Source: an uncultured Candidatus Saccharibacteria bacterium (lineage in GTDB: Bacteria; Patescibacteriota; Minisyncoccia; Minisyncoccales; CG1-02-41-26). From it: DNA of 64,000 nt. Below, piece after piece: positions 56,101 to 64,000 of the stretch. Both the position numbers and the translations under genes were made by a program. Where the stretch lies: the NCBI GenBank assembly GCA_964348225.1, contig CAYGBM010000035.1, positions 9,425 through 73,424 on the forward strand. Direction: 5' to 3'. The number at the start of each line of letters is the position of its first letter. Positions within the stretch are counted from its first letter, which is position 1. The notes beneath the pieces are model-generated. The model saw nothing but the letters and a program-made list of their open reading frames with translations, was not told where the DNA came from and did not search any database.

Positions 56101-59100
56101 ACACAGGACAAGATTATGCCCTATATCTACCCCTACTTGAAGCAAGCTAAGGATTTCAGAGAGGGCTTTCGCAGTTTGCTGTCAGCCACCATCAAGGATG
56201 TTCTGCCCGCCTTTTTAAAGAGGGTTTTGGAAAGAAATCTGATTGATAATCTCAACGCCTTGCTGGAGGAATTGTGCAAGGCTGGCAGAAAGAAAGTAGA
56301 AGAAGGCCAGCCCCAGGCGTTTGTTCAGCTTGATACATATAGCTGGTTAACAGCAGAGTATAATGTTCCAGCTGAAACAGCAGAAAGAGCCTGTAGTTTA
56401 GCCAGAAATCTTAATGCTCCTCTGCGTGAAAAACTGCCAGAAGACATTCAAGAAGCCCTGAAAACAGAACTTATGAAGTTTTTGCCAGATAAATGGCAGC
56501 AGGCTTTGAACAAAAACTTAGCTGAACTTCTTTTCGAAGAGTTTGGCATTCCCAACCTTGCAGAACTTATTCAAGCTACACCCAAAAAACTTCTTTGCGG
56601 TGAATTGCCCCTTGCTGAAGGGGGGGCTACCACTTGGCAAAGATGCAGTGCTGCTCAAAACCCGGACGGCACCTTTGATGAAACCAAACTAACAGATTTG
56701 GAAAAAGTTGCTTGCCCATTTATTGACACTTTTTGCCAGAAGTCGGTTCTGGATATATTTCCCTGGCTCAGTCAAAAATTAGGCGCTCTTATCACTGGCA
56801 TACTGCAAAGAGAGTGTTTCTTTGTTTGGGGCAAGGAATGCGGCATAAGCGGAGGTCCTAAGGACTGCAAAAGATGCGAAGCCAATGAGATGGCTTTTAA
56901 AGATAAATGCCACACTGAGTGTTTGGGCAGAAAGATTTCAGACCCAGACCTTGATTGCACAACAGGTGGTACATATGAAAAAGACTGCAGAGCAAGAGAG
57001 GTTGAAGAGGCAAAGCTTGGCTGTGAAAGCTGCAATGCCTTTTTTGAGCAGAGCTTAGGTTTCTCTTTCCTATACTATCCTATCAGGTGCAAGCTTAAAG
57101 TTAAGTGGGGATTCTCTCCAGATGAAGGATACTTTAACTTGCCATCAGCAACCTGTCCTGACATACCTTATCCTCCAACCAATGTTGAGCCAGTTCCTGA
57201 AGAATTGGCTGAACAAATAGAAAAAGAAACATCTATTTATCAATGGTTTTGGGTTATTTTTGCGAAATTAAGACCAGAGATTGACGCTATAGCCAGAAGG
57301 CGGGGGCTTTGGAATGAATGGGCTGTTAAAAAAACAGTCCTCAGAGATAATGAGCCGCCAATGACCTTGCGGGACGACATTAAAGCAACCCTCAATCTTG
57401 ACAGATTCCCTGACAAGCCAGACGAAGTAGAGGAAGCCTTCCAGGTGTTTTTATCCTACTTTCTTGAACAAAGAAAGCTCTATGACCTTTTAACAGATGT
57501 TCCTTTGGGCGTGGTAAAACCCATTGACTTTGAAGGCAGGTCAATTTTAAGAGAAAAAGGACAGGGCGAGAAAAAGAACTTTTTAGCCAAAACAATCTGG
57601 GGCGTTTTGCAAGCAGGCTGCCAAAGGGTTAGAGATGAATTTGACCAGAACATCAGGCCTTCTCCTCGTCCTGCTCCCTATGACCAATTGAGTTCAGCAG
57701 AAGTTGAGGCTTATAAAACAGCCTACAAGATTTGTGTGAATTTAGATTCTACTTTAGGTGTTGCTGTTGGTATTGATAAAAAACTGGTTGAATACACTAA
57801 TGGCTATTACAATATGTTTGTTCTGCTCAGGGACGAAAAACAGGATTACTGGGCGCCTGAAGAAAAACCTGAAAAGTTAAGAGAGCTTTTGAACTATATG
57901 TTCAACAAAACCGCGGTCAATGCTTTGTATGATGGAGGAGTAAAGCTGCAGCAAACAGGCAGTTCTTGGATGTTGCCCGTGTGCCGGGCATTAAAATCCT
58001 CTCCCATAGCTGATGAACTGCGCGTTAAGAAGGAATGTTGTGAGAGAGAAGGAGCAGGCGCTCAACAGACCCGCTGCGTTCAAGGGGCAGATTTGGAAGC
58101 TTTGGGTAAATACATGCAGAATTTGGCTGTTTTGCTTGGCGGTGGGCCTGTCAGCAAAACATTAGGCCAGATGATTCTTGAGAAATGGCCATTCCTTAAC
58201 AATGAGGCAATTATCAACCAGGTTTTTGGCATAATATGCGATAATGTCTGCTCTGGTGAAAGTGATCCAAATTGCCACACCAAATGCATGGGGCTTTTGC
58301 AAAAATCTTTGGCTCAAATATTCAAGGTTGAAGAAGAAATAAGGCTGTTTAACAAGGTTCAGGATGAGTTAAAGAAAACGCCAGCCGAACTCTTGAGTCT
58401 TTTGTTACAAAAACACGACAAAACCCTGCTTGACTTGCTTGACCTTGACCAGGAAACCAGGGATATTCTTGCAGAGCCCATCTCTGAATATTTGGAGGAT
58501 AAGCACTTTATTCTTGGTCGTACCTTTATTGATATACTGGGTGCTGGTTTGGGGCTGGATAAAGACCTGAAAACTGCTTTGGATTTTTATGATGAAGAAG
58601 TTGAGCCGAAACTAAAAAAAGGCCTTAATAAAATCCAAAAGATTATTCAAGACGGGTTTGACCTTATGATTGAAACCCCAGAAGCTATCCTTGCTTATAT
58701 TGCCAAAGTTACTAACCAGCAATGGATGGATAGATTCAGAAAGAGGTTGTTTATGAATATTACAGGCGGTTGTGAGGTAATGGGATATAAAGAATGGAGC
58801 ATTAAGCCCGAACATTTAATGGAATGGTATGTAGATCCTTTGAATGAGGGCAGGGTTTCTGGCGACCTTTTAAACGCTATTATGGAAAAAGGCTTTTATT
58901 TCTTACAAGAAAAAGCAATTGTTGTCTCTACCAGTGAAGCTAGCTGGACCGTAACTGATCCCAACGGTAATGTTTATTTTATTACTCTTGAAGGAGATGA
59001 GCTGAAGATTACTTTCCGCAACCCAGAATGTACACCACCAAGGGTGTACATTAAAGAAAACCAGGAATGTTGTGATTTGGGCAAGTCATTGTTCTGCAAA

Positions 59101-59388
59101 AAAGCAGAAGAAGGGGAAGAGTGCCTGAGATGTCGCTTGCTGGGCATGGGACAAACTAAAAACGACTGCGTTTCAGATGAAAAATACATAGAAGAAGAAG
59201 ACGAAGCCACAGGCCAAACGCTTAAAAAGTGCTGTCGGGGTGAGCCACCTAACATAGATGGAGAGTGCTGCCAAACAGTTATTGATTGCATTGTTGACAA
59301 AATAAGCTACTTTTTAATCACTGGCTTAACCGATGCTTTAACCAGCGGCTCCCCAGCCAATGAAGTAGCGCCAGGACTTGAACCATAG
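53101..59388 (+). CDS. giant (2095 aa) cysteine-rich protein with N-terminal TrbC/VirB2-like pilin hairpin
   Basis: Signal peptide (LLLALLAVGILFQAGVVLA). Hydrophobic helix 1 FFYIVAGACVVVIIFGGILHIIAS, basic loop QKPTTLVKAREYIRRG, helix 2 LLGLLILLCSFLILYTINPQLL. Then ~1950 aa of acidic, helical, Cys-cluster-rich sequence, e.g. CKACIAAGGTHDTCSGCDLDENTAACGQPSDCWACKNFCSQCGCSPSC. Confidence 0.6.
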   Translation: MRLTNSKKLLLALLAVGILFQAGVVLALEYEYPSLPGIGVLKEDQPLSFYIKYFVNLFFYIVAGACVVVIIFGGILHIIASQKPTTLVKAREYIRRGLLGLLILLCSFLILYTINPQLLLFKIDLEEAKIALAPGEREPEEPKKAGFLEVIPGELVMDSLQFLQGNATLSEEFVGDFIAGPAFPEYPRFEVSFQEAKILAEALIEKTEILHNSFWECCKCGNSYVHYYFEMKLRGAECGCLSGKDEIIIGGKDINITDLDTCVKEIRGCHRERIESCKACIAAGGTHDTCSGCDLDENTAACGQPSDCWACKNFCSQCGCSPSCLRQKGLRDKNGNLVPFGATPKMIDEIISYRRDEILGIVSKVRALKTKVAGVQLTLHDKALNVIKAAYIMQHGDDFLFQTELEQIKRDFEKGLVFLKDILAQRRFTKEDASSQNILAQDSPDDFEDEPADDSLFNVEFLVQTYPNWLATKEKVLETRESSSYFTFYIPITDEIGIFLRQTLKHNEKIKQEAEASSLYLVIAGLTPQEFQALIAECFRGAFGNVELETIFTKQEMEELFDMVMSLGISEGLGQTALVNIDSGKIREEIIKGMEEETKDRLREKAAVSAAVMKCLIDYCGGPAGVSRMSACAACSAGEPLGCGRCACGADITQEKVGEWQSKCENDIPADFISRQLIKFVTTDVQALLPDSIEKLLKSKVEEVIFDKDLREFYLDKSLLELLQRGAGGIAENVIQEEFPEIIKLLQTQLITLLPNAVGNQLGKVDQWLTDYFDKYEEIVNKQIDEWVAWLTGKITGWIEEKFGSKKYAEEVLKTLKETDALAVEDFLDKYATYEEVVLQGTGTPCCEDKDCPAALGPGGGDLDQENQCREATSKCDSSAPDGECKLVEKKRGITSKQDFVEHCKEELAKSAAPDQTLADIRVACEGPMWDSVADVVEKERDRQVVEAVTDLDTYTDMLKEWGGEFKNVMVSQFKALPGQFLAAVVEISIQTAVEYVRVWTQDKIMPYIYPYLKQAKDFREGFRSLLSATIKDVLPAFLKRVLERNLIDNLNALLEELCKAGRKKVEEGQPQAFVQLDTYSWLTAEYNVPAETAERACSLARNLNAPLREKLPEDIQEALKTELMKFLPDKWQQALNKNLAELLFEEFGIPNLAELIQATPKKLLCGELPLAEGGATTWQRCSAAQNPDGTFDETKLTDLEKVACPFIDTFCQKSVLDIFPWLSQKLGALITGILQRECFFVWGKECGISGGPKDCKRCEANEMAFKDKCHTECLGRKISDPDLDCTTGGTYEKDCRAREVEEAKLGCESCNAFFEQSLGFSFLYYPIRCKLKVKWGFSPDEGYFNLPSATCPDIPYPPTNVEPVPEELAEQIEKETSIYQWFWVIFAKLRPEIDAIARRRGLWNEWAVKKTVLRDNEPPMTLRDDIKATLNLDRFPDKPDEVEEAFQVFLSYFLEQRKLYDLLTDVPLGVVKPIDFEGRSILREKGQGEKKNFLAKTIWGVLQAGCQRVRDEFDQNIRPSPRPAPYDQLSSAEVEAYKTAYKICVNLDSTLGVAVGIDKKLVEYTNGYYNMFVLLRDEKQDYWAPEEKPEKLRELLNYMFNKTAVNALYDGGVKLQQTGSSWMLPVCRALKSSPIADELRVKKECCEREGAGAQQTRCVQGADLEALGKYMQNLAVLLGGGPVSKTLGQMILEKWPFLNNEAIINQVFGIICDNVCSGESDPNCHTKCMGLLQKSLAQIFKVEEEIRLFNKVQDELKKTPAELLSLLLQKHDKTLLDLLDLDQETRDILAEPISEYLEDKHFILGRTFIDILGAGLGLDKDLKTALDFYDEEVEPKLKKGLNKIQKIIQDGFDLMIETPEAILAYIAKVTNQQWMDRFRKRLFMNITGGCEVMGYKEWSIKPEHLMEWYVDPLNEGRVSGDLLNAIMEKGFYFLQEKAIVVSTSEASWTVTDPNGNVYFITLEGDELKITFRNPECTPPRVYIKENQECCDLGKSLFCKKAEEGEECLRCRLLGMGQTKNDCVSDEKYIEEEDEATGQTLKKCCRGEPPNIDGECCQTVIDCIVDKISYFLITGLTDALTSGSPANEVAPGLEP

Positions 59389-59390
59389 CT

Positions 59391-59880
59391 TATAAATTAA
59401 GAATTGAAAATTAATAATTAAGAATTTAATTAAAAATTAAAAATTGTTGTGAGGTATTCAAATAAAGAAGAATTCAAGAAAGCGCTTAAGAAAAGAGCTT
59501 ACAACTTTTCAATCCAATTGGTGAACTTTACCGAAGGATTACCCAGGGGCAACACTTGCTTTATTATTGGCAATCAACTTCTTCGCAGTGGAACAAGTAT
59601 TGGTGCAAACATTGTAGAAGCCCAGGGCGCGAGCTCAAAAAGAGACTTCATTAATTTTCTCACCTATGCTTTTAAATCTTCCAATGAAACCAGATATTGG
59701 CTCGGCCTTTTACGAGATACAGAAAAAGCAGATCAAGAACAGGCTAATAGTTTGTTAACAGAAGCAGATGAGCTTTCAAAAATATTGAGTTCAATTCTGT
59801 TGTCCTTAAAAGGAAAAAAATAATTCTTAATTCTTAATTAAATTTTTAATTCTTAATTCTTAATTTTTAATTCATATAAG
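59391..59880. mobile_element. four-helix-bundle gene carried in the loop of an AT-rich palindromic element (IVS-like cassette)
   Basis: Left half-element 59391-59448 (aattaagaatt... motifs). Right half 59824-59880 (aattcttaatt... motifs, the reverse complement). The halves match the left and right arms of the intact hairpins at 48594 and 50047. Confidence 0.55.
59449..59823 (+). CDS. four-helix-bundle protein (TIGR02436; 23S rRNA intervening-sequence protein family)
   Basis: GTG start. YNFSIQLVNFTEGLPRGNTCFIIGNQLLRSGTSIGANIVEAQGASSKRDFINFLTYAFKSSNETRYWLGLLRD matches the family pattern (...R.A.SI..NIAEG..R.S.K.F..FL.IA.GS..E..T.L). Confidence 0.7.
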   Translation: MRYSNKEEFKKALKKRAYNFSIQLVNFTEGLPRGNTCFIIGNQLLRSGTSIGANIVEAQGASSKRDFINFLTYAFKSSNETRYWLGLLRDTEKADQEQANSLLTEADELSKILSSILLSLKGKK

Positions 59881-62800
59881 ATGGCAATCTTTAATAGAAA
59901 ATACATCAAAGTCCCTATTATTGCCCTAATTGTTGTTTCTTTACTTTTGCAGTTTTTTCCAGCTCCCAAAAAAGCCCAGGCTTTTGATGTGGTGGAGAGT
60001 GCTAAGAGTCTTTTAAGAAAGATTCAGCAAATAATAGAGGGAATGGTAAGGGCGATTCCAGAGTTTAGCATTAGCGGAGCAGGATTAACATGTAAGGGGG
60101 CTGATAGGATTAGTTTTTTTGGCATAGACTGCTGTAAGCTAGGAGATTTAGGCATACGGTGTTGGTGGCTTGACGATAATCCTTTCAGCCGATTTTCTTT
60201 TAGAACCGATTCAGCAGGGGATATAGAAATTGACCTCGGTTTTCTGGGTACCCTGACTCTTCCCAATCCTTTTGGCAGGCTTGATGAAGAAAGAGCAGAT
60301 AAGGTAGCCAAGCCTGAAGGCTTGGAGATTTGCAGATGGAGGATACCCACAGGCGAGAACGCAATTACTGAAGAAGATGTTGAAAAATTTTGCATTGAAG
60401 AATGCGAGGGTGCAGATGCTACAGAAACAACGTGTGATGCTTGCAAGGGGGAAAAGGTTTTAGAACACAGAAGAAAAGTCCAGCAAGCCTGCGCTGAGTT
60501 AAGAAGAATTGAAAGAACAGCAGCCAGATTAACCTATTTTGCCAAGCAGATTTATTTGAAAACCGATCCTTTAAAAGAATGCCTTTTCCTGCGAAACTGC
60601 CGCACTGTTTGCCAGTTTGCTTTTGGCACTTACAGTTTTAATTTCAATGCCATGGATCTTCTCAGCCTCATTCTGCCAATCGGCTGGCTCACCAAACTTA
60701 ACGAGATTTTGACTGTTATCGTTAATATCGGGAAAACACTCCAAACCCTTAGGACTATTTTAGAGCTCATTAGTGCTGTGCGCGCTTTTGCAACAACCAT
60801 TGGCAGTACCATCCAGGATGCTATGAGCGCCCTTAAAACTTTAACCAGAGGCTCTGTTGCCAGGTGGTTTGATGCTGACACCTGGGAGGAATTTCCTGAC
60901 AACCTTATCAACTTCCAGCTAACAAAGAACAGGGCGCTTGCCAGGATTGACGCAACCAACGAGCGCTTGAAAGAGATTGAAGTGGAAATTCTGAGCCAGG
61001 CTGGCATAAGCGAAGACAATCCAGAATGGAAAAAACTAATGATTATTTTTGAAGCTTACTCTAATGACTTCAGAAATTTTTCCAGTCTGGAGACCCCGGA
61101 TTTGGATTTTATAAAAAACGAAATTAAAGCTATTGCTCAAGCTATTAAAGAGGCTGCAGAGTTTGCTGCTGAAAAAAACAACACTGACGACCGTCGTGAG
61201 CCGCCTCAACCTCAGTTGTCAGATAATCACTTTGAAGAAATTATTTTAGGCAGAAGAGGGCCAGCCCCAGGCTTTATAAGTGAGAACGGGCTTTTGCAAG
61301 CCAAAGAAGCGCTTGACAAGGTCAGGGGGCTCGAGGTGGCGATTGTGGTTGAAGCAGAAAAGCTGGAACAGCAAGATACACTAGATGTATTGAAGAAAGC
61401 AGATGGGGTAACTGACACAGGCGTTTACGAAATCAAGGAAACCTGGCGAATGCCCTGGCCGCCAACAAGATTCGGCGTAATGAGAGAGTCTCTTGAAAGG
61501 ATTGAAGAAATCAGGTTGTCGTCAGAAGATATCCTGCCAGAGCTTGAAGAAATCAAGGATATAGAGGCTGCCTTGGCAAAAAATGCAGAAGAAAGGTATT
61601 TTAGCCCAGAGACTTATGAAAAAGCTCTTGAGGATGACGATTATCCTGATTGCGAGGGCGGAGTGGGATGCAGTGATACTGATCCTGAGCTTGTTGAATG
61701 CAAGGACCTCTGCAATGACAATGGCCAACCCTGCGATAATGACGAAGAGGACTGCAAGGACTATTGCAACAACTATCCCATAGAGGATAAGTATGATTGC
61801 CGGAGCGCCTGTGTCCTGTTTCTTTTAGACGAACCTTATCTCGCCTGTGGGAATTATTGCAATAATCGTTGCGATTCTTCTTCTTGCAGTGTTTCTAGAT
61901 GCAAGAGTGCCTGTGATGAGGGCGAGCGTACATGTGAGGATATTTGCAGAGAAGATTGCGAAGATACTTGTGGGTTCAGAGAAGGGATGTGTTCACAGGG
62001 CTTTAATGTTTGCAAGGATAAGTGCGATGATTCTACAAGCAAGCTTTGGTATCAAGATGAGATAAATTGTATAAAGGCTTGCGGGTCGTCTAACACTCGC
62101 AGCGACTGTTTTAAGGCCTGCGATGAGTTTGACAACCAGGAGGCTGAATGGAGGTGTGAAGAAGAGTGTCATAATACCTGCAATCCTTCCTGCGGTGAGA
62201 GTATTTGCAAAGATGCTTGCGAAAAAGGGCTTCAGAGGGCTGTTGATTGGTGCAGGGCTGTTTACTGCGTTGATAAATGCCAGAATGGAGGTGGCAAGGC
62301 TGAATGTACTGAAGAGAGTTGTAAAGACTGCTGGCGAGACAAACAGGATGCTTTAGCCAACCAAGCAGAGTTTAAAGCTATTCTTGACCCCTTCAGCACC
62401 CAGGCTGATTCCATAAGAAAATATATTACCTTGCATTCTACAGAGCCTGGCTCTTGCGAAACAGCCTATGGCTACGTGCCATCTTACAGTAGATTCTTTG
62501 ATTTGGAATTTGAAATAAAAGGAGGATTTTTAGATAATCTAGATTGCTTTGAAAAAGTGATAGGCAGGGAAAGGGGCTGGCCTTATCCTGCCAGAATTGA
62601 ATTTTATTTTGATGAATGGAAAATATACCTTGAAATTTTAGAAGAGCTTGCAGAGGTTGAAGAAAAGCTTGCTATTATTAAAGAAAGCCTCACCGAGCTT
62701 GAGCCCCTCATAGACGTGCCGCCGGGCAAGGAAGGCGACTTAGAGTTTGGCGATATCTTCAAAACACCCTATGATTTTATAGACGATTTGGTTGAAAAAA

Positions 62801-64000
62801 TTGTCAGAGGAGGACGGGAGGCAATTAAGATTCTTGACCTTGTTGAAACAGGCGTTACTCACGAGAAGCATTTCGGTGAAATGGCCGACGATGAGCTTAA
62901 AGCCTGCATTGAATGTTTGAGAGAAGCGCCTTATGAAAATAAAATAGATGCTTGCAATTCAGAAACAGGGGTTTGGCAAAAAGTCTGCAAGTTTGCAGCA
63001 AGGCCCTATGCTGACTATATTTGTTCCAACGACCTTGACAAAGTAAACGTTTGCCCAGATCTTTTCGAACTTAAAGAAAGATACATTGGTAAAACAACAA
63101 GCATTTTGGATGCTTTAAGCAATATTGTGGAAACAGGTGAGGGGTTAGACCAGGATTTTGACAAACATGATGTCACCCCAGAGGAGATTTTTGCAGAATA
63201 TGAGGACGCTGAATTACCTCCTTGGTTCCACAAATTCCTTGAGCTGGTATTTAAAGCCAGGGAGGCAAAGTGGGATATGCTTGATGTTCAATCATCTGAA
63301 AAAGAGCTCTCAACAGCGCCTTTGCAGGTATATGACGAAGACACATCTGGCAATGCCTGCCCGAGATGGTGCGAAGAGTTCTGCGGTAAAGAATACTGTC
63401 AAAGTTCAGGGCTGGAAGGTTCAAAGCCCGATCCTGCGTTTTGCAGTAATTGCGGCTGGGACCAAGAAGGCGTGGTTTGTTCTTGCTGGCGTCATCTAAA
63501 CCACGGAGAGCTTGTCAGGCTTTTAGAAGAGATGGTGGAAAAGGTTCTGATGGTAAAAGAAAAGCTTGAGGATGCTTCCAAGAAGATAGGCGAGATTGAG
63601 TCCCTTGAGCAGGTTTTACCATTAGCACCGCCAAACCCGCTTAAAGATGTTAGCATTGTCACCAACACTTATTGTCGCAATAAATGCATAGCAGTGGCTG
63701 GGGGCGCAACATCAGGCCCAACCTTTGACCTTTGCTACGACACTTGTCTTAAGTTAAATCCAGGCATAGCAATGAATGATATTGCCCGGAAAATCCAAGA
63801 GATGAACTGGACAGTGGCTTTCTCTGATACATTGACAGCTGGCATAAAATATAATGCCAGGAACCTTGGGCTTTTAAAAACTAAGATTCAGCAGGAGCTT
63901 GGTAAGGTACAGGGCTTAATTGCTGACCTGAACGATATTATAGGGCTTGATATAACAAGCACGCTCCCAGAAAACATTTCAGCAGCCTTGGCTGGCAAAA
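59881..64000 (+). CDS. giant secreted cysteine-rich protein, 3'-partial (>1373 aa; runs off window end)
   Basis: Translated by hand in frame from ATG 59881 to 64000 without a stop. Absent from the track because no in-window stop. Signal peptide MAIFNRKYIKVPIIALIVVSLLLQFFPAPKKAQA. Cys-dense block at ~61640-62340 (CEGGVGCSDTDPELVECKDLCNDNGQPCDNDEEDCKDYCNNY...). Confidence 0.7.
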   Translation, partial: MAIFNRKYIKVPIIALIVVSLLLQFFPAPKKAQAFDVVESAKSLLRKIQQIIEGMVRAIPEFSISGAGLTCKGADRISFFGIDCCKLGDLGIRCWWLDDNPFSRFSFRTDSAGDIEIDLGFLGTLTLPNPFGRLDEERADKVAKPEGLEICRWRIPTGENAITEEDVEKFCIEECEGADATETTCDACKGEKVLEHRRKVQQACAELRRIERTAARLTYFAKQIYLKTDPLKECLFLRNCRTVCQFAFGTYSFNFNAMDLLSLILPIGWLTKLNEILTVIVNIGKTLQTLRTILELISAVRAFATTIGSTIQDAMSALKTLTRGSVARWFDADTWEEFPDNLINFQLTKNRALARIDATNERLKEIEVEILSQAGISEDNPEWKKLMIIFEAYSNDFRNFSSLETPDLDFIKNEIKAIAQAIKEAAEFAAEKNNTDDRREPPQPQLSDNHFEEIILGRRGPAPGFISENGLLQAKEALDKVRGLEVAIVVEAEKLEQQDTLDVLKKADGVTDTGVYEIKETWRMPWPPTRFGVMRESLERIEEIRLSSEDILPELEEIKDIEAALAKNAEERYFSPETYEKALEDDDYPDCEGGVGCSDTDPELVECKDLCNDNGQPCDNDEEDCKDYCNNYPIEDKYDCRSACVLFLLDEPYLACGNYCNNRCDSSSCSVSRCKSACDEGERTCEDICREDCEDTCGFREGMCSQGFNVCKDKCDDSTSKLWYQDEINCIKACGSSNTRSDCFKACDEFDNQEAEWRCEEECHNTCNPSCGESICKDACEKGLQRAVDWCRAVYCVDKCQNGGGKAECTEESCKDCWRDKQDALANQAEFKAILDPFSTQADSIRKYITLHSTEPGSCETAYGYVPSYSRFFDLEFEIKGGFLDNLDCFEKVIGRERGWPYPARIEFYFDEWKIYLEILEELAEVEEKLAIIKESLTELEPLIDVPPGKEGDLEFGDIFKTPYDFIDDLVEKIVRGGREAIKILDLVETGVTHEKHFGEMADDELKACIECLREAPYENKIDACNSETGVWQKVCKFAARPYADYICSNDLDKVNVCPDLFELKERYIGKTTSILDALSNIVETGEGLDQDFDKHDVTPEEIFAEYEDAELPPWFHKFLELVFKAREAKWDMLDVQSSEKELSTAPLQVYDEDTSGNACPRWCEEFCGKEYCQSSGLEGSKPDPAFCSNCGWDQEGVVCSCWRHLNHGELVRLLEEMVEKVLMVKEKLEDASKKIGEIESLEQVLPLAPPNPLKDVSIVTNTYCRNKCIAVAGGATSGPTFDLCYDTCLKLNPGIAMNDIARKIQEMNWTVAFSDTLTAGIKYNARNLGLLKTKIQQELGKVQGLIADLNDIIGLDITSTLPENISAALAGK

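Noticed and set aside
1-64000. tRNA or rRNA genes
   Set aside because: No GTTCGA/T-loop-like or anticodon-arm candidates, and no rRNA-like conserved blocks, were found on either strand.

Overview
This 64-kb window looks like the chromosomal replication-origin neighbourhood of a small-genome, low-GC bacterium. By inference its gene content and style resemble a Candidate Phyla Radiation / Patescibacteria organism.

Recognisable housekeeping genes:
- metK, rtcB, pncB, a murE-like Mur ligase, ruvA, uvrB, rpsT, holA, mutM
- a short 751-aa polA, tsaE, ruvB, yebC, ruvC and a bifunctional PBP1A
- the canonical origin block dnaN-dnaA / rpmH-rnpA-yidD-yidC-jag

Accessory loci:
- A signalling island at 21.8-28.9 kb: two CheY-like receivers, a PAS histidine kinase, two duplicated two-gene sensor modules and a FIST protein.
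- Type IV pilus parts: a GspE/PilB ATPase, a prepilin and a lamin-tail-domain protein.
- Two loci built around giant secreted, cysteine-rich proteins. Locus 1 (7.3-12.8 kb) is a 1593-aa protein whose C-terminus is a TrbC/VirB2-like two-helix pilin hairpin, next to a 177-aa minimal paralog of that module. Locus 2 (50.3 kb to the window end) is a tight VirB3-like / VirB4 cluster in which VirB4 is split into two adjacent ORFs. Directly downstream sits a 2095-aa protein whose N-terminus is another TrbC/VirB2-like hairpin, then a four-helix-bundle gene, then a further secreted cysteine-rich protein of more than 1370 aa that runs off the window. No VirD4, VirB6, VirB11 or relaxase is seen, so this looks like a non-canonical T4SS-like surface system displaying giant disulfide-rich proteins on pilin-like anchors.

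Several families of hairpin-forming repeat elements are dispersed through the window:
- Two of these families each have one copy with a small ORF in the hairpin loop. A GIY-YIG nuclease sits in a GC-rich hairpin, and the four-helix-bundle (IVS-type) protein sits in an AT-rich palindrome.
- Another ~175-bp element forms an inverted-repeat pair that flanks the ruvC-PBP1A-dnaN-dnaA-rpmH segment.

No rRNA, tRNA or CRISPR array was found.
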